Shown here: piece by piece, positions 9,128 through 19,848 of the stretch
How positions within the stretch are numbered: position 1 is the first letter of the stretch
Layout of the letters: the number at the start of each line of letters is the position of its first letter
DNA from: a virus
Direction: 5' to 3' (one strand)
Length of the DNA: 64,000 nt
IMG/VR virus record: IMGVR_UViG_3300042923_000319
Coordinates: 1-64,000 of that record
The notes under the pieces: model-generated
The model's database searches: none
What the model was told of the DNA's origin: nothing
What the model saw: the letters and a program-made list of their open reading frames with translations, nothing else
Made by a program: the position numbers and the translations under genes

Positions 9128-12100
9128 ATGGAAATTATAGATGAGGCAGTAAATGTCCATACGCATACACAGTATTCATTAATGGACTCAACAAACAAAC
9201 CAAAGGAACTCGTAGCTAAAGTGAAAGCTATGGGGCAAGCATCAATATGTATTACGGACCACGGTGAAACTAGTGGATTAATCGAAGTGTATAACGAATG
9301 TAAAAAACAAGGAATTCACATGGTATTCGGTTGTGAGCACTACCTAGTACCCGATGTTTTAATCAAAGAAGGTGGCTATAAGCACATCATATTTTGGGCT
9401 AAGAATAACATTGGATACAATAATTTACTCAAGCTGACCACAGAAGCACATCAGAATTTCTATCGTAAACCACGTGTTGACATTGATATGATTCGTAAGT
9501 ATTCAGAAGGACTTGCGATGTCAACAGCGTGTATCGGTGGATGGCTTAGAATCAAAGATGAGTATGGGAATAACACAGTTGACATAGATTTACTTGAGCA
9601 ATTTATTGAAATATTCCCTAATGATCTATGGATAGAACTCCACACTTACTCTATTAATGAGCAGAAGTGGTGGAATAGGATTCTTATTGATATAGCAGAG
9701 AAATATAATCTACCACTCATAACAGCCTGTGATGCCCATTATACAAACAAAGAAGATGCCTATGCTCATAAAATGTGGATCACACAAGGGAAAGAGCGTG
9801 AAGATGGCTACTATCAACATCCAGAGTTTTTTCTTCATAGTGGTCAAGAAATACGTGAAGCATTATCATATCTACCTAGTGACATTGTTGAAGAAGCTAT
9901 AGCTAATACTAAGGTTCTCGCTGATAGTTGCCAAGTAGAAATAAAGTTTGGTGAACAGCATTATCCAAAGGTTGAATCAGAGAATTCAAAGGAATCAGTA
10001 AGACAGATAATGTTGAAAAATTGGAGATCAAAGGTTCCAAGGAGTGAATGGAAAGATCATGAAGCACGAGTGAATCATGAGATGCCAATCTTAGAGAAAG
10101 CAGATTATTTCCCTTATTTTCTTATTATGCATGACTTTATGGAGCACTGTCAGTCACATGGAATTCCTGTATACCCAGATTCCCGTGGTAGTGCTGGTGG
10201 CTGTGACGTAGCTTATATTATGGATATCCATAAGACTAATCCAATAAAGTATGATTTGATGTTTGCTAGGTTTCTGCATGAGGCTAGGATCACCCCATGT
10301 GACATAGATATTGATGTCTCACAGAAAAAACGTGGAGAAGCAATAGAATACATTAAAAATAAATATGGTCACGACAGAGTGTTCCAAGCAAGAACCTATG
10401 GGTACATGAGTGCTAAGGGAGCATTAAAGAGAGCTGGGAGAAGCCTTGGGTATGACCCACAGTATATTAACGATTTATCAAAAGGTATCTCAAAGTTTGG
10501 CGATGATGAATTCAAGGGTGAAGCGAAGGATAGACATCTGCTTGACCAATTGGACGCACCTAAAGACCTTATTGAGTTAGCTAAGTCTTTCGTTGGGATA
10601 CTTCAAAGTTATTCTGTACATGCCAGTGGGGTCATCGTTTTCCCAGACGATCCAAACAATTATTGTGCCATTGAAAAATCTGGTGACAATTATGTAACAG
10701 CCTATGAGTTTCATACATTGGAAAAATTAGGCATCTTAAAACTGGACATTCTTGGAATAAAAACAATAGATGTTATCTACGATACCTTAAAACTCATAGA
10801 TAATCCACCAGATATCATTAACTTACCTCCAGCAGACACGAAGACATTCGATATGTTATGCAAAGGTAAAACAGCAGGAGTATTCCAGATTGAAGGCAGA
10901 GGATTTACGCAGTTGGTTCAAGCAATTCAACCGAGAACCTTTGAAGACCTTGCTCCACTTATGGCAGTTTACAGACCAGCTATTATATCAGCAGGATTAC
11001 TTCAAACGTATATCGATAGGAGAACTGGGAAAGAGCAGGTAGAGTACCTACATCCAGACCTTGAACCTTTACTTGGACAAGTCTATGGTCTAATGATTTA
11101 TCAAGAAAATATCATTGAGGTAGCAAAGACTATCTGTGGTTATTCCGCAGGTGAAGCTGATATGATCCGTAGAGCTTGCGGTAGAAAACTCCCAGAAGAA
11201 ATGGCAAAAATTAAGCCAGACTTCATACAGCACGGGATCAGCAAAGGTTACGATATAACATTCATTGAAAGATTATGGGAATTAATTGAATTCTTTGCAG
11301 AATATGGTTTTGGGAAAGCCCACACTTACGGGTATGGGACAAGGGCGTACATTACTGCATATCTCAAAGCTAATCACACAAAAGAATTTATGGTTTCTCT
11401 TATCAATTCAGAGGATAACCAAGAAGATACAATACCATACATTGAAGAGTGTAAATCATTAGGTATTCCAATACTTCCACCAGATTTATCCGTCTGTAAT
11501 ACTCAATGGATAATCGAAGGTGATTCCATTCGTATTGGCTTACATTACCTCAAAGGTGTTGGAAATAATCTCTGTACTGATTACACAGAAACACTCAATG
11601 ATATCATAGCGCATAACCATAAGAATACTATTGAATCACTCATCAAATCTGGAGCCTTGGATTACCTCGGCCACACCCGTGCATATATGCTGACCAACCT
11701 TAGCTCACTCCAAGATACAATGAAGCGTGTTAAGCAATGCCAGCAGAAAATACGGGATAACCAAGAGTTACTGCAATCGTCCACGCTCGACAAGGACAAG
11801 CGTAAATATGAACGACAGATAAACTCATGGACACAGAAGTTAAACGAAGCACAGGCTCACACAGAGCTTACAGAAGAGTCCTATGATGAAGTCAAGGGTG
11901 AATGTGAGGTACTTGGGTTCAGCTTCAAAGAAATTCCAAAGGTTAAACTAGGGAAACTCACAAACATATTCAAGAAGAATGATAAGAACTCACACGAGAT
12001 GGCTTGGCTCACAATGGATTCAGATTATGGAGAATACCGATGTACAGTCTTTGCAAGCGGATGGAAACTCATAGCTGACAAAGTTATCGTTGGTGAATCA

Positions 12101-12196
12101 TATAAGTTCATTGTTGGTGACACGAATATATTGGAAGAACTCAAGGTTAACGGTGAAGTCATTAAGTTAAACGAAAGGAAGTTTTGGAAACGATGA
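9128..12196 (+). CDS. dnaE: DNA polymerase III alpha subunit (family C)
   Basis: PHP domain (HTHTQYS, ITDHG, DAHY), RGSAGG, catalytic DIDID and KLDILG, C-terminal OB fold. Confidence 0.95.
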   Translation: MEIIDEAVNVHTHTQYSLMDSTNKPKELVAKVKAMGQASICITDHGETSGLIEVYNECKKQGIHMVFGCEHYLVPDVLIKEGGYKHIIFWAKNNIGYNNLLKLTTEAHQNFYRKPRVDIDMIRKYSEGLAMSTACIGGWLRIKDEYGNNTVDIDLLEQFIEIFPNDLWIELHTYSINEQKWWNRILIDIAEKYNLPLITACDAHYTNKEDAYAHKMWITQGKEREDGYYQHPEFFLHSGQEIREALSYLPSDIVEEAIANTKVLADSCQVEIKFGEQHYPKVESENSKESVRQIMLKNWRSKVPRSEWKDHEARVNHEMPILEKADYFPYFLIMHDFMEHCQSHGIPVYPDSRGSAGGCDVAYIMDIHKTNPIKYDLMFARFLHEARITPCDIDIDVSQKKRGEAIEYIKNKYGHDRVFQARTYGYMSAKGALKRAGRSLGYDPQYINDLSKGISKFGDDEFKGEAKDRHLLDQLDAPKDLIELAKSFVGILQSYSVHASGVIVFPDDPNNYCAIEKSGDNYVTAYEFHTLEKLGILKLDILGIKTIDVIYDTLKLIDNPPDIINLPPADTKTFDMLCKGKTAGVFQIEGRGFTQLVQAIQPRTFEDLAPLMAVYRPAIISAGLLQTYIDRRTGKEQVEYLHPDLEPLLGQVYGLMIYQENIIEVAKTICGYSAGEADMIRRACGRKLPEEMAKIKPDFIQHGISKGYDITFIERLWELIEFFAEYGFGKAHTYGYGTRAYITAYLKANHTKEFMVSLINSEDNQEDTIPYIEECKSLGIPILPPDLSVCNTQWIIEGDSIRIGLHYLKGVGNNLCTDYTETLNDIIAHNHKNTIESLIKSGALDYLGHTRAYMLTNLSSLQDTMKRVKQCQQKIRDNQELLQSSTLDKDKRKYERQINSWTQKLNEAQAHTELTEESYDEVKGECEVLGFSFKEIPKVKLGKLTNIFKKNDKNSHEMAWLTMDSDYGEYRCTVFASGWKLIADKVIVGESYKFIVGDTNILEELKVNGEVIKLNERKFWKR

Positions 12197-12489
12197 AAGT
12201 TTATGTACTAGAATATTACGATGATGAACACAGTGGCATCCATAATATTTACCTCAGTAAAGCCAAAGCGGAGCAGGACAAACTAGAGCTTGAACAAAAG
12301 GAAATCGAAAGAAGTTTCAAAGACTTGCTGAGTTATTATAATGATTTTACACCAGAGGAAAGAACCCTTGTTGAACAAGAGGAAGGCTATGGTTTCTTCT
12401 CAGTTGAGCATGTTCAATCGATAGAGAAAGACGCGAAATCATATGTAGAATATTGGTATATCATTGATGAACATGAGGCGATCGAGTAA
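12193..12489 (+). CDS. Hypothetical acidic protein
   Basis: ATGA overlap with the dnaE stop. Confidence 0.55.
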   Translation: MKVYVLEYYDDEHSGIHNIYLSKAKAEQDKLELEQKEIERSFKDLLSYYNDFTPEERTLVEQEEGYGFFSVEHVQSIEKDAKSYVEYWYIIDEHEAIE

Positions 12490-12504
12490 AGAAAAAGCAG
12501 AGGA

Positions 12505-13104
12505 TTAACCTCTGCTCAACTCATATAACTTTATTAATTTATCCGCTGTATCTCCCTTGAGTAGCCACTGATACACCTCAGTCGGTAGTTTTTCGCGTAA
12601 CTCAATGAAACTATAGAATTCAGTGCGATCATCTTGGGATACATTGGCAAATTTATCAATAGTCTCTGCTGTTTTATTGGTATCTGTGAGAACCTCTAAT
12701 GTTGTTCCCAATGCAGCAGCGAATCTCTTTGCTTCACTAGCTCTTATCGGATTCTTGCGAGATTCTTTTATGTGAATCCCTTGTCTACCTTTGAAGCCCA
12801 ATGTTTTAGCAAGTTCATCCGTTGGTATCTCTTTAGCTATTCTATATTTCTTCTCATTGTCCCAAAATGGCATCGGTGTAATGAAGTAATCCCAAAGTTC
12901 TTCTATAGTCTTATCAAGGAGTATCGATGCTTTGCTTTGGAGTTCCTGTGACACTTCTTTGGTTGAATTATTTTCGATTTCAGAGTAGTTATTAGGGTTG
13001 ATACCTAAAGCTTCAGCTATGACATCTATAGTAATATGCTTGGTCATCCTGTAGGTTTTAACGTTGTTCCAAAAGATTCTTGAATCCATTATCGTCATCT
13101 CCAT
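12505..13104 (-). CDS. Tandem XRE-type HTH transcriptional regulator
   Basis: Two repeated HTH units (FWNNVKTYR...IAEALGI; FWDNEKKYR...LAKTLGF); divergent from xis. Confidence 0.8.
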   Translation of the reverse strand: MEMTIMDSRIFWNNVKTYRMTKHITIDVIAEALGINPNNYSEIENNSTKEVSQELQSKASILLDKTIEELWDYFITPMPFWDNEKKYRIAKEIPTDELAKTLGFKGRQGIHIKESRKNPIRASEAKRFAAALGTTLEVLTDTNKTAETIDKFANVSQDDRTEFYSFIELREKLPTEVYQWLLKGDTADKLIKLYELSRG

Positions 13105-13182
13105 TTCTTTGTGTATCTATAGTATACCATAAAGTATACGGTAGTAAACACAAAATATCAAAAATATTTAGGAGGCACTATT

Positions 13183-13362
13183 ATGAATAAACCAGAGTTT
13201 TATACCGTTGATGAGGTTAAGGAAATCTTACGAGCAAAAAAGAGAGACACTGTGTACAATATGTGTCGTGCTGGAGAAATACCAGCGATACAGTTTAATA
13301 GGGGTGGAACGTGGTTAATACCCAAGGATAAATTCCATAGAATGATTGAGCATATGATGTAA
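13183..13362 (+). CDS. xis: Excisionase / recombination directionality factor
   Basis: Manual translation MNKPEFYTVDEVKEILRAKKRDTVYNMCRAGEIPAIQFNRGGTWLIPK (HTH_17 type), next to attP. Confidence 0.8.
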   Translation: MNKPEFYTVDEVKEILRAKKRDTVYNMCRAGEIPAIQFNRGGTWLIPKDKFHRMIEHMM

Positions 13363-13382
13363 TCTACGGTGTAATCAGGGAA

Positions 13383-13413
13383 TAAAAAAGAGTCCGTGAA
13401 AACCCACGGACTC
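13383..13413 (-). terminator. Terminator downstream of the att-core tRNA 3' end
   Basis: GAGTCCGTG...CACGGACTC hairpin plus T-tract on the minus strand. Confidence 0.75.
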
Positions 13414-13425
13414 GCTGTTTCACTA

Positions 13426-13473
13426 TGGAGCTGATAATAGGATTTGAACCTACGACCTACTCATTACGAATGA
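13426..13473 (-). mobile_element. attP core = 3' half of tRNA-Thr(CGT)
   Basis: Minus strand TCATTCGTAATGAGTAGGTCGTAGGTTCAAATCCTATTATCAGCTCCA contains anticodon loop, T-arm and CCA; GRTGTAATS arm-like direct repeats near 13356, 13368, 13589 and 13602. Confidence 0.85.
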
Positions 13474-13585
13474 TAAGATATTGCAATGTGTTGACAATCG
13501 TCAACTAGCATTATCAATGGCTCAAAACTCTGGTTTCTCATTTGTGTTGACGACATGTCCACTAATTTACACAACAAAAATAAGG

Positions 13586-14785
13586 CTATGGTGTAATCGA
13601 TGGTGTAATGAAATCACTCTCAAATAAATCTGCTGACTTCTGCTCTGCGAAACTAATGTAATGAGCATAGGTATCTAAGGTTATCTGCACACTAGCATGT
13701 CCAAGCCTTAATGACACTGTTTTGATATTAATATTGTTCCCAATGAGCTTCGTTGCATGTGTATGTCTAATACTATGGAATGTTATTTTTCGTTCTATTT
13801 TGGCACTACCGCATGCAACTTGGAAAGCTCTTAGAATATTCCTTGGTTGTATACAATTGCCAGTAACGGTGTGAAATACATATTTAGACTTTGGTGACTC
13901 ACGTTTCTTATAGATTTCCTTTAGCTCAAGCAACAGGATCGTCATCGAGTGAGGTATCAGAATATTACGGATTGACTGTTGTGTTTTCGGAAGTCCTTCT
14001 TTTAGTCCATCCCCAGGTACATATGATATATTATTATTGATAAATATTCGATTTTCCTCTGGGAAGAACTGTGACCACCTAAGTCCAGCCATTTCACCCT
14101 CACGAATGCCTGTACAGTATGCAAGCATATAGATTACATAGGTTAGCCAGCCAGTTTTCTGTTTAGATTCTTTGTATTGATCAAATACTCCCTTGGTGTA
14201 CTTTAGTATCGCCTTATGCTCATCACTAGAAATAACAGTGATATTGCCAATAGTACCTCTTTTGCTCTTAAAGCTCTTACAGGCAGTCACAGGGTTGTCT
14301 ATGACGGTTCCCTTGGTTACAGCCAGTGTAAACATATTATTCATTATGGTTCTATATTTGGTAACAGTGGATTGGCTAAGATTCCCTTTAATAACCAAAT
14401 TTGACAAGTAGAATTCTATTGATTCAGTGTCTATCTTGCGAATATCATCGAAGTCAAAGTGCTTCCCTATATACTTTGATATTTCCTTGTAGTCAAAGGC
14501 TGTCTTAGGTTTCATGTGTATAGCAGCTACTTTGTTATCAAGGGAATCCTCCCAGAGTTCACGTAAACTCTTGAATGTTATTTTCTTGCGAGAACTTATG
14601 GTGGGCAATTTGTTTTTCTCTTTAAGGTTCTGTAGTAACCTCAGTTCTCTCTCAGCTTCAGTTTTACCATTGCGAGTTTTAGTGATTTTTCTACGCTTAC
14701 CATTTTGTGGTGATAGTTCTACAACAGCTTGCCATCGTCCATCTGGTAGTTGTCTAAGAAACCCAAGTCCTTTAGTGCCACTCAT
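13586..14785 (-). CDS. int: Tyrosine integrase
   Basis: GIREGE, HSIRHT, RLGHAS, TY catalytic motifs; N-terminal arm-binding domain; adjacent to attP. Confidence 0.95.
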   Translation of the reverse strand: MSGTKGLGFLRQLPDGRWQAVVELSPQNGKRRKITKTRNGKTEAERELRLLQNLKEKNKLPTISSRKKITFKSLRELWEDSLDNKVAAIHMKPKTAFDYKEISKYIGKHFDFDDIRKIDTESIEFYLSNLVIKGNLSQSTVTKYRTIMNNMFTLAVTKGTVIDNPVTACKSFKSKRGTIGNITVISSDEHKAILKYTKGVFDQYKESKQKTGWLTYVIYMLAYCTGIREGEMAGLRWSQFFPEENRIFINNNISYVPGDGLKEGLPKTQQSIRNILIPHSMTILLLELKEIYKKRESPKSKYVFHTVTGNCIQPRNILRAFQVACGSAKIERKITFHSIRHTHATKLIGNNINIKTVSLRLGHASVQITLDTYAHYISFAEQKSADLFESDFITPSITP

Positions 14786-15004
14786 TGTATCCCTCCTATT
14801 TACAGATTACCCATGATTTACTTGTATATTATCAATATTTGTTATGGTAAAATTGACCTATGGTTTATTAAATATACTAGGAGATGGAGCAGATGAAAGA
14901 GTATATAGAAAGTATCAATATTAATATCATCAAAGATAACGGAATATTCAGATGGTGCTGGTATCATGGAGAATATTGGGTAACAGAGTCTTATGAAGAT
15001 GAAC

Positions 15005-15343
15005 TCATTGAGAAACTTTCCGCGAAGCTAGAGGTTTCAGCATAGCTCTAACATCAGATATCGTTAAATTAGCATCTTTAACTTCAGGTATCATCGCATA
15101 TACAATGTCTTCATTAGTAGATATATGTTCAATAGACGCATTGTCCTCATCGAAATATCGAGGTGGCAATCCAGCGATCCGAATAAGGGTCGCTTCTTTT
15201 TGTCTGCTAAGTCTTTTGGTATTTGTTGGGCTTTCAAGTGTTGAGATGTATTTCTGTGTTACTCCAATAGCCTCTCCTAGTTGAAGCTGTGTCATTCCAA
15301 GGGATTCCCTGGCATTTCTCATTTTCTCATTATAGGTTAACAA
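15005..15343 (-). CDS. CI-like XRE repressor
   Basis: MTQLQLGEAIGVTQKYISTLE HTH; upstream of int. Confidence 0.8.
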   Translation of the reverse strand: MLTYNEKMRNARESLGMTQLQLGEAIGVTQKYISTLESPTNTKRLSRQKEATLIRIAGLPPRYFDEDNASIEHISTNEDIVYAMIPEVKDANLTISDVRAMLKPLASRKVSQ

Positions 15344-15515
15344 AATTGAACCTCTCCTTTACAAAATAAAATAATACCCTCAGAAAGTTCTTGACTTACA
15401 GAACCATGAGTAGTATTATGTGTTTATAGGGTAATTATACCACAAAATTACATAAAATACAGAAGAAAAATATGACAATTTCGTTAGCATTCATTACACT
15501 CATAAAAATAAAGTG

Positions 15516-15545
15516 TTGACATGCGTATACAGATGAGTGTACAAT
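15516..15545 (+). promoter_or_regulatory. Sigma-A promoter with embedded 18-bp operator
   Basis: TTGACA-18-TACAAT; near-copy of the 6854 promoter. Confidence 0.75.
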
Positions 15546-15683
15546 ATGGATACAGGAAAGGAGGACAGCACATGAACAAATATGAACGAAGGCGATTCTT
15601 TGAGTGCTTAAGGATCACAATGATGGTCACAGTAATTCTAGCATCACTAAAATTTATAATGATAGGGTAAGGAGAGAACAGAA

Positions 15684-15935
15684 ATGGATAACGAAAGCAA
15701 CATGAAATACATCTTAGAAAGCACCATGAGAAATGCATCAGAAAATCATGAAGCATACCAACAGTTTCAATTGGAATATCATATGCATCTCAGTAAACGC
15801 ACAGTGAAGAACATTAGCATCTTAGATTACATCGATGAGTACTTAGGAATGATCCCAGAGCTGTACAAAATTACCTGCGAGTTGCATAAGAATAAAGCTA
15901 AGGAATTTACTAAAGGGATTCATGGGGTAGCATAA
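15684..15935 (+). CDS. Hypothetical protein
   Basis: AAGGAG RBS. Confidence 0.55.
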   Translation: MDNESNMKYILESTMRNASENHEAYQQFQLEYHMHLSKRTVKNISILDYIDEYLGMIPELYKITCELHKNKAKEFTKGIHGVA

Positions 15936-16159
15936 TGAGATTTGTTGATGGAACTAAAGAACCAACGGTAAAAGTGAACGGTGAAATTGATGAAGATGGT
16001 AATTTTGTAATATTGGTCGACAATATCCCAATAGCGTATTTAGATCACATAAATGGTAGACTAATGTTAATACGAATTAGCTCATATAATTCAAAAGAAT
16101 ACTTAGAAAAACTTGGAATAGATTTTTCTACTGACTATATATCGATCAGCGTTCTGTAG
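15935..16159 (+). CDS. Hypothetical protein
   Basis: Coupled ORF. Confidence 0.5.
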   Translation: MRFVDGTKEPTVKVNGEIDEDGNFVILVDNIPIAYLDHINGRLMLIRISSYNSKEYLEKLGIDFSTDYISISVL

Positions 16160-16254
16160 TTAGTTTTAAGCACTACGTAAAAATATTCGCTTATGATTGT
16201 CTACGAAACACATTAAAAACGCTTAGAGGGAGCGTGAGATACCTTAGAAATGGT

Positions 16255-16449
16255 TCAGTGGTTTTTACGCCCCACAAGGTAGTCTATGGAGACATCAAAG
16301 TAGTCAGCGAGAGCTATTAAGGAAGATAGTGGGATATCAACGGTTCCTGCTTCGTATCTTCGATATTGTCTTTCGGACAAACTAAGCGCATCCGACAATT
16401 CTTTTTGAGTTAAACCTTTATTATTTCGAAGTATTTTAAAATTATTCAT
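16255..16449 (-). CDS. Small XRE HTH regulator
   Basis: LTQKELSDALSLSERQYRRYEAG...LADYFDVSIDYLVGR. Confidence 0.9.
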   Translation of the reverse strand: MNNFKILRNNKGLTQKELSDALSLSERQYRRYEAGTVDIPLSSLIALADYFDVSIDYLVGRKNH

Positions 16450-16467
16450 AATTCACCTCAAAAAGTG

Positions 16468-16522
16468 TTGACAGGACATAAAACGTCCTATATAATAAAC
16501 ATATGAGGACATAAGAAGTCCT
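16468..16522 (+). promoter_or_regulatory. Consensus promoter with two palindromic operators AGGAC-N7-GTCCT
   Basis: TTGACA(16468)-17-TATAAT(16491); operators at 16473-16489 and 16506-16522. Confidence 0.8.
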
Positions 16523-16553
16523 CCAATAAAAAACAAAGGAGACTAAAACAAAC

Positions 16554-17315
16554 ATGGAGACTAACTTAGTAAAAATTGAAAATGGACAACCAGTAACATC
16601 CAGTAGAAAAGTAGCACAGGATTTCGAAAGACTTCATAAGAATGTATTGGTAAACGTAGAAGAAATTATTGGGGTGGCTGAGAAGTCAGCTGACCTATTC
16701 TTCAAAACAACCTACACTCATCCGCAAAACAAACAACAATATCCTGAGTACCTAATGAACCGCGACGGATTCACACTGTTAGCAATGAGCTTTAAGGGAG
16801 CTAAAGCTATCAAATGGAAAATGAAGTACATCGCAGCTTTCAATGAGATGGAACAACAGCTTGCAACCTTGGATCAACCATCGTATCAAATCGAGGATAA
16901 AATCAAGAGAGCTGAGAAGTGGATCGTGGAAGCTAGAGAACTCATGGATACACAATTGCAACTCCATGAAACTAAACAACAGCTTACTGAAGCCAAACCT
17001 AAAGCCGACTTTGTAGATAAATATGTTGACAAAGGAATTACCTATAGTATTCGTCAAACAGCGAAGATTCTCAATATCCCTGAAAGACAATTCGTTGATA
17101 TTCTAATGACATCTAAAATTGTCTTTCGCCAATCTGGTTGCATTATGCCATATGCTAATAAACAAAGCGAAGGATATTTTGAAGTAAAAGTTGGTTATAA
17201 CTACGGATGGCAGTATGACCAAACACGGTTTACTACAAAAGGTATCTACTGGATTGCTAAAAGACTTAAAGACATCGCTGATCCTAATTGGGAATCAAAG
17301 TTACGCATAGCATGA
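16554..17315 (+). CDS. Rha-family antirepressor with C-terminal KilAC/ANT domain
   Basis: VTSSRKVAQDF, YLMNRDGFTLLAM, YIAAFNEME; KPKADFVD, TRFTTKG. Confidence 0.9.
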   Translation: METNLVKIENGQPVTSSRKVAQDFERLHKNVLVNVEEIIGVAEKSADLFFKTTYTHPQNKQQYPEYLMNRDGFTLLAMSFKGAKAIKWKMKYIAAFNEMEQQLATLDQPSYQIEDKIKRAEKWIVEARELMDTQLQLHETKQQLTEAKPKADFVDKYVDKGITYSIRQTAKILNIPERQFVDILMTSKIVFRQSGCIMPYANKQSEGYFEVKVGYNYGWQYDQTRFTTKGIYWIAKRLKDIADPNWESKLRIA

Positions 17316-17725
17316 ATTTGTTCTGGCACATCTTGGGATTCTGTATATTCGTTTACGGAATCATAGTTTGCTACGGTAACTATCTAATGTACAAACTTTG
17401 GAGTTCATATTGTACATTGTCTGTATTCTGTGGTGTTATGAGTTCGATCATCGGACTAGCAATGATGCTCGGAATAAAATGACGCTCTACAATCGTTTCT
17501 CAGCGGTTTAATCTATGTGTCACTTACGATTGCACTCGTAATACACTAAAAACGCTTAGAACTAACGTGGGACACCTTAAAAACGATTCAGTCCATTTAA
17601 GGAGGTGAACATCGGTGCTACAACACCAACGAGGTCATCCACTGATATTATTATATCATAAAACCATTAGAAATATTCATGTAAATTAAAAAATATTTTC
17701 AAAGAAAATAGACGGAGGGTTAACC

Positions 17726-17950
17726 ATGATAGCAATACGTTGGACTTACACAGAAGGGTTTGGGATAAAACCAGAGCAAAAATATGACACAGTAATGGTA
17801 GAAACACAAGATGAACTAGAGGACGCACTACAAATTATCAATGATGATTACAATAGAACAATCAGTGAAGAGGACTATGAAGTTAAAGTAGATTCTATTG
17901 AGTATTTCCAATGTACAGCAGTGGACAACCCTAAAGAATTCTTAAAATAA
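17726..17950 (+). CDS. Hypothetical acidic protein
   Basis: GGAGG RBS. Confidence 0.55.
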   Translation: MIAIRWTYTEGFGIKPEQKYDTVMVETQDELEDALQIINDDYNRTISEEDYEVKVDSIEYFQCTAVDNPKEFLK

Positions 17951-17976
17951 TTAACGAAAAGGAATGTGATGTATAA

Positions 17977-18597
17977 ATGGCAACTAACAAAACAATTAAG
18001 AGAGTCCCAGAAAAAACACCTGAAGGATTGGCAATGTGGGCTAAAGTTAATACGGTAGTAGATGAGTTTAAAGGCGGTAGAAAATACAATATCAAGCTTG
18101 AGTTACCAGAAAAAGACGAAAAAGAATTCATTGCAAAAATCGAAAAAACATACAAAGACTTTCAGGCACTACCAGAAAACAAAGGTAAACTATGGAGACC
18201 AGACGACAGAAAACGCTTAAGTTTCAAGCCAGATAAAAAATCAGGTAAAATTCAGTTTACATTCAGTACCAATGCTTTCTACAAAGACAAAGATAACAAG
18301 GAACAAAAGAAAGTTATCTCTGTTAGAAATCGCTATGGGCAACACATTGAAGACCAAGCTATCGGTAATGGTTCATTAGTTAAAATTGGATATCTTATGA
18401 AACCATACTGGGAAAATGAAGATCAAAACGGTATCAAGCTGTACCTCAATGAGATCATCGTTAAAAAATTAGTTGAATTTGGTAATTCTTCATTATTTGA
18501 TGATGAATTTGAAGAATTTGATGGAGAAACACCAACCACAGGCAATGATGACTTCCCAGATGATGACGATGATTTTCCAGACAAAATCAATATCTAA
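17977..18597 (+). CDS. ssb: Single-stranded DNA-binding protein, T7 gp2.5-like
   Basis: KTPEG.A.WAKV, IGNGSLVKI, GIKLYLNEI.V.KLVEFG and an acidic C-terminal tail. Confidence 0.8.
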   Translation: MATNKTIKRVPEKTPEGLAMWAKVNTVVDEFKGGRKYNIKLELPEKDEKEFIAKIEKTYKDFQALPENKGKLWRPDDRKRLSFKPDKKSGKIQFTFSTNAFYKDKDNKEQKKVISVRNRYGQHIEDQAIGNGSLVKIGYLMKPYWENEDQNGIKLYLNEIIVKKLVEFGNSSLFDDEFEEFDGETPTTGNDDFPDDDDDFPDKINI

Positions 18598-19173
18598 GGG
18601 CTAACCACAGCCCTTCCCTTTGAGGGAGCATTAAAATACGAAGGAGACAATAATTATGAACAAAGAAGAAATCAAAGCACAAATCATCGACATCTTAAAT
18701 GATGCTAAAATCACTACTGCAGAATGCAAAGAAATTCTTAAAGATTTAAACAAGACAATCGATGGTGCGCTAGGCAAAATCCCATTTAATATCAAAGGAG
18801 AGTAATTATGACGCCACAAGAATTCAAAGAACAACTAGATGAGTTTATGGATAAAATTAAAGAGCTTAGAGGAGTGCTTAGCTTAATTGATAAAGGCTTA
18901 AATTTACTTGATGATAAACTGAATGATAACTATTCGCTTTCTGATAATTTTGCGATGATGCATTGTCATACTCGCCGAGATATGCTTAGAGAGCGCAATA
19001 GTATCCGTAGTAGTCTCAAGGAATACGAAAAAATTATCCAACGGTTAAAATCGACTCTCTGAGTTAACCTGTGGTGATACTTTATAACATCACTAGATAA
19101 CTTGTAAGTATAACACAATAAAAACGCTTAGAACGAGCGTGAGACATCTTAGAATTGAAACGGAGGAATATCG

Positions 19174-19848
19174 ATGGAATTATTCAAGGTAAAAATAAAA
19201 GGTGTACGCGAATTACGCAAAAGTAAAGACTATACGGAAGAATTAGATGAGTATGCTGGTGAAACATCGGAAGTCATTAGAAAGTACACAGGTAACACTA
19301 GAAGAGAATTCTATAAATTAACAGTAGATGATGGTTACTGGGCTTGGGGTATGGATATGGTGGATTTAATAGAACCATCGCACTCCATCACAATCACCTC
19401 AGATAGACACAGAAAAACAACCGCGACCTACAATGGTAAATCCGCAGTAGCTAAATGTAATCCAAGCGACACATTCGATATCTTCAAGGGTACAAAGTTA
19501 GCATTGGAACGCTTAGAAGCAGCGGAGAACTTTAAGCCACATTTGGAATGCCAAGGAAAATCTTATGGTGTCTTAGGAACACCTACAAAAATCAAGGATG
19601 AACTAGGAATACCATTAAAAATTGGTGATATTACTACAGTGTACGATAAATATCATCAATCAAACTGTGGTGATGGTGTAATTATCAATGATGGTAGTGG
19701 TGATTATGTCAGTGGAATACGCTACGCATGTAACAAAGACGGAACAATTTATTCTGAGTGGTTAATCATTAAAAAGCAATCACATAACGAAGTAACCGAA
19801 GATGAGGTTGATGAGTATCGCTACATCAGAACCCCTCGCTTATCGTAA
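19174..19848 (+). CDS. Hypothetical multi-domain phage protein
   Basis: AVAKCNPSDTFDIFKG motif common in phage proteins; GGAGG RBS. Confidence 0.6.
   Translation: MELFKVKIKGVRELRKSKDYTEELDEYAGETSEVIRKYTGNTRREFYKLTVDDGYWAWGMDMVDLIEPSHSITITSDRHRKTTATYNGKSAVAKCNPSDTFDIFKGTKLALERLEAAENFKPHLECQGKSYGVLGTPTKIKDELGIPLKIGDITTVYDKYHQSNCGDGVIINDGSGDYVSGIRYACNKDGTIYSEWLIIKKQSHNEVTEDEVDEYRYIRTPRLS

Noticed and set aside
13426-13473. Full tRNA-Thr gene on the minus strand
   Set aside because: Only the anticodon loop to CCA is present, with no D-arm or 5' acceptor strand; it is an att core
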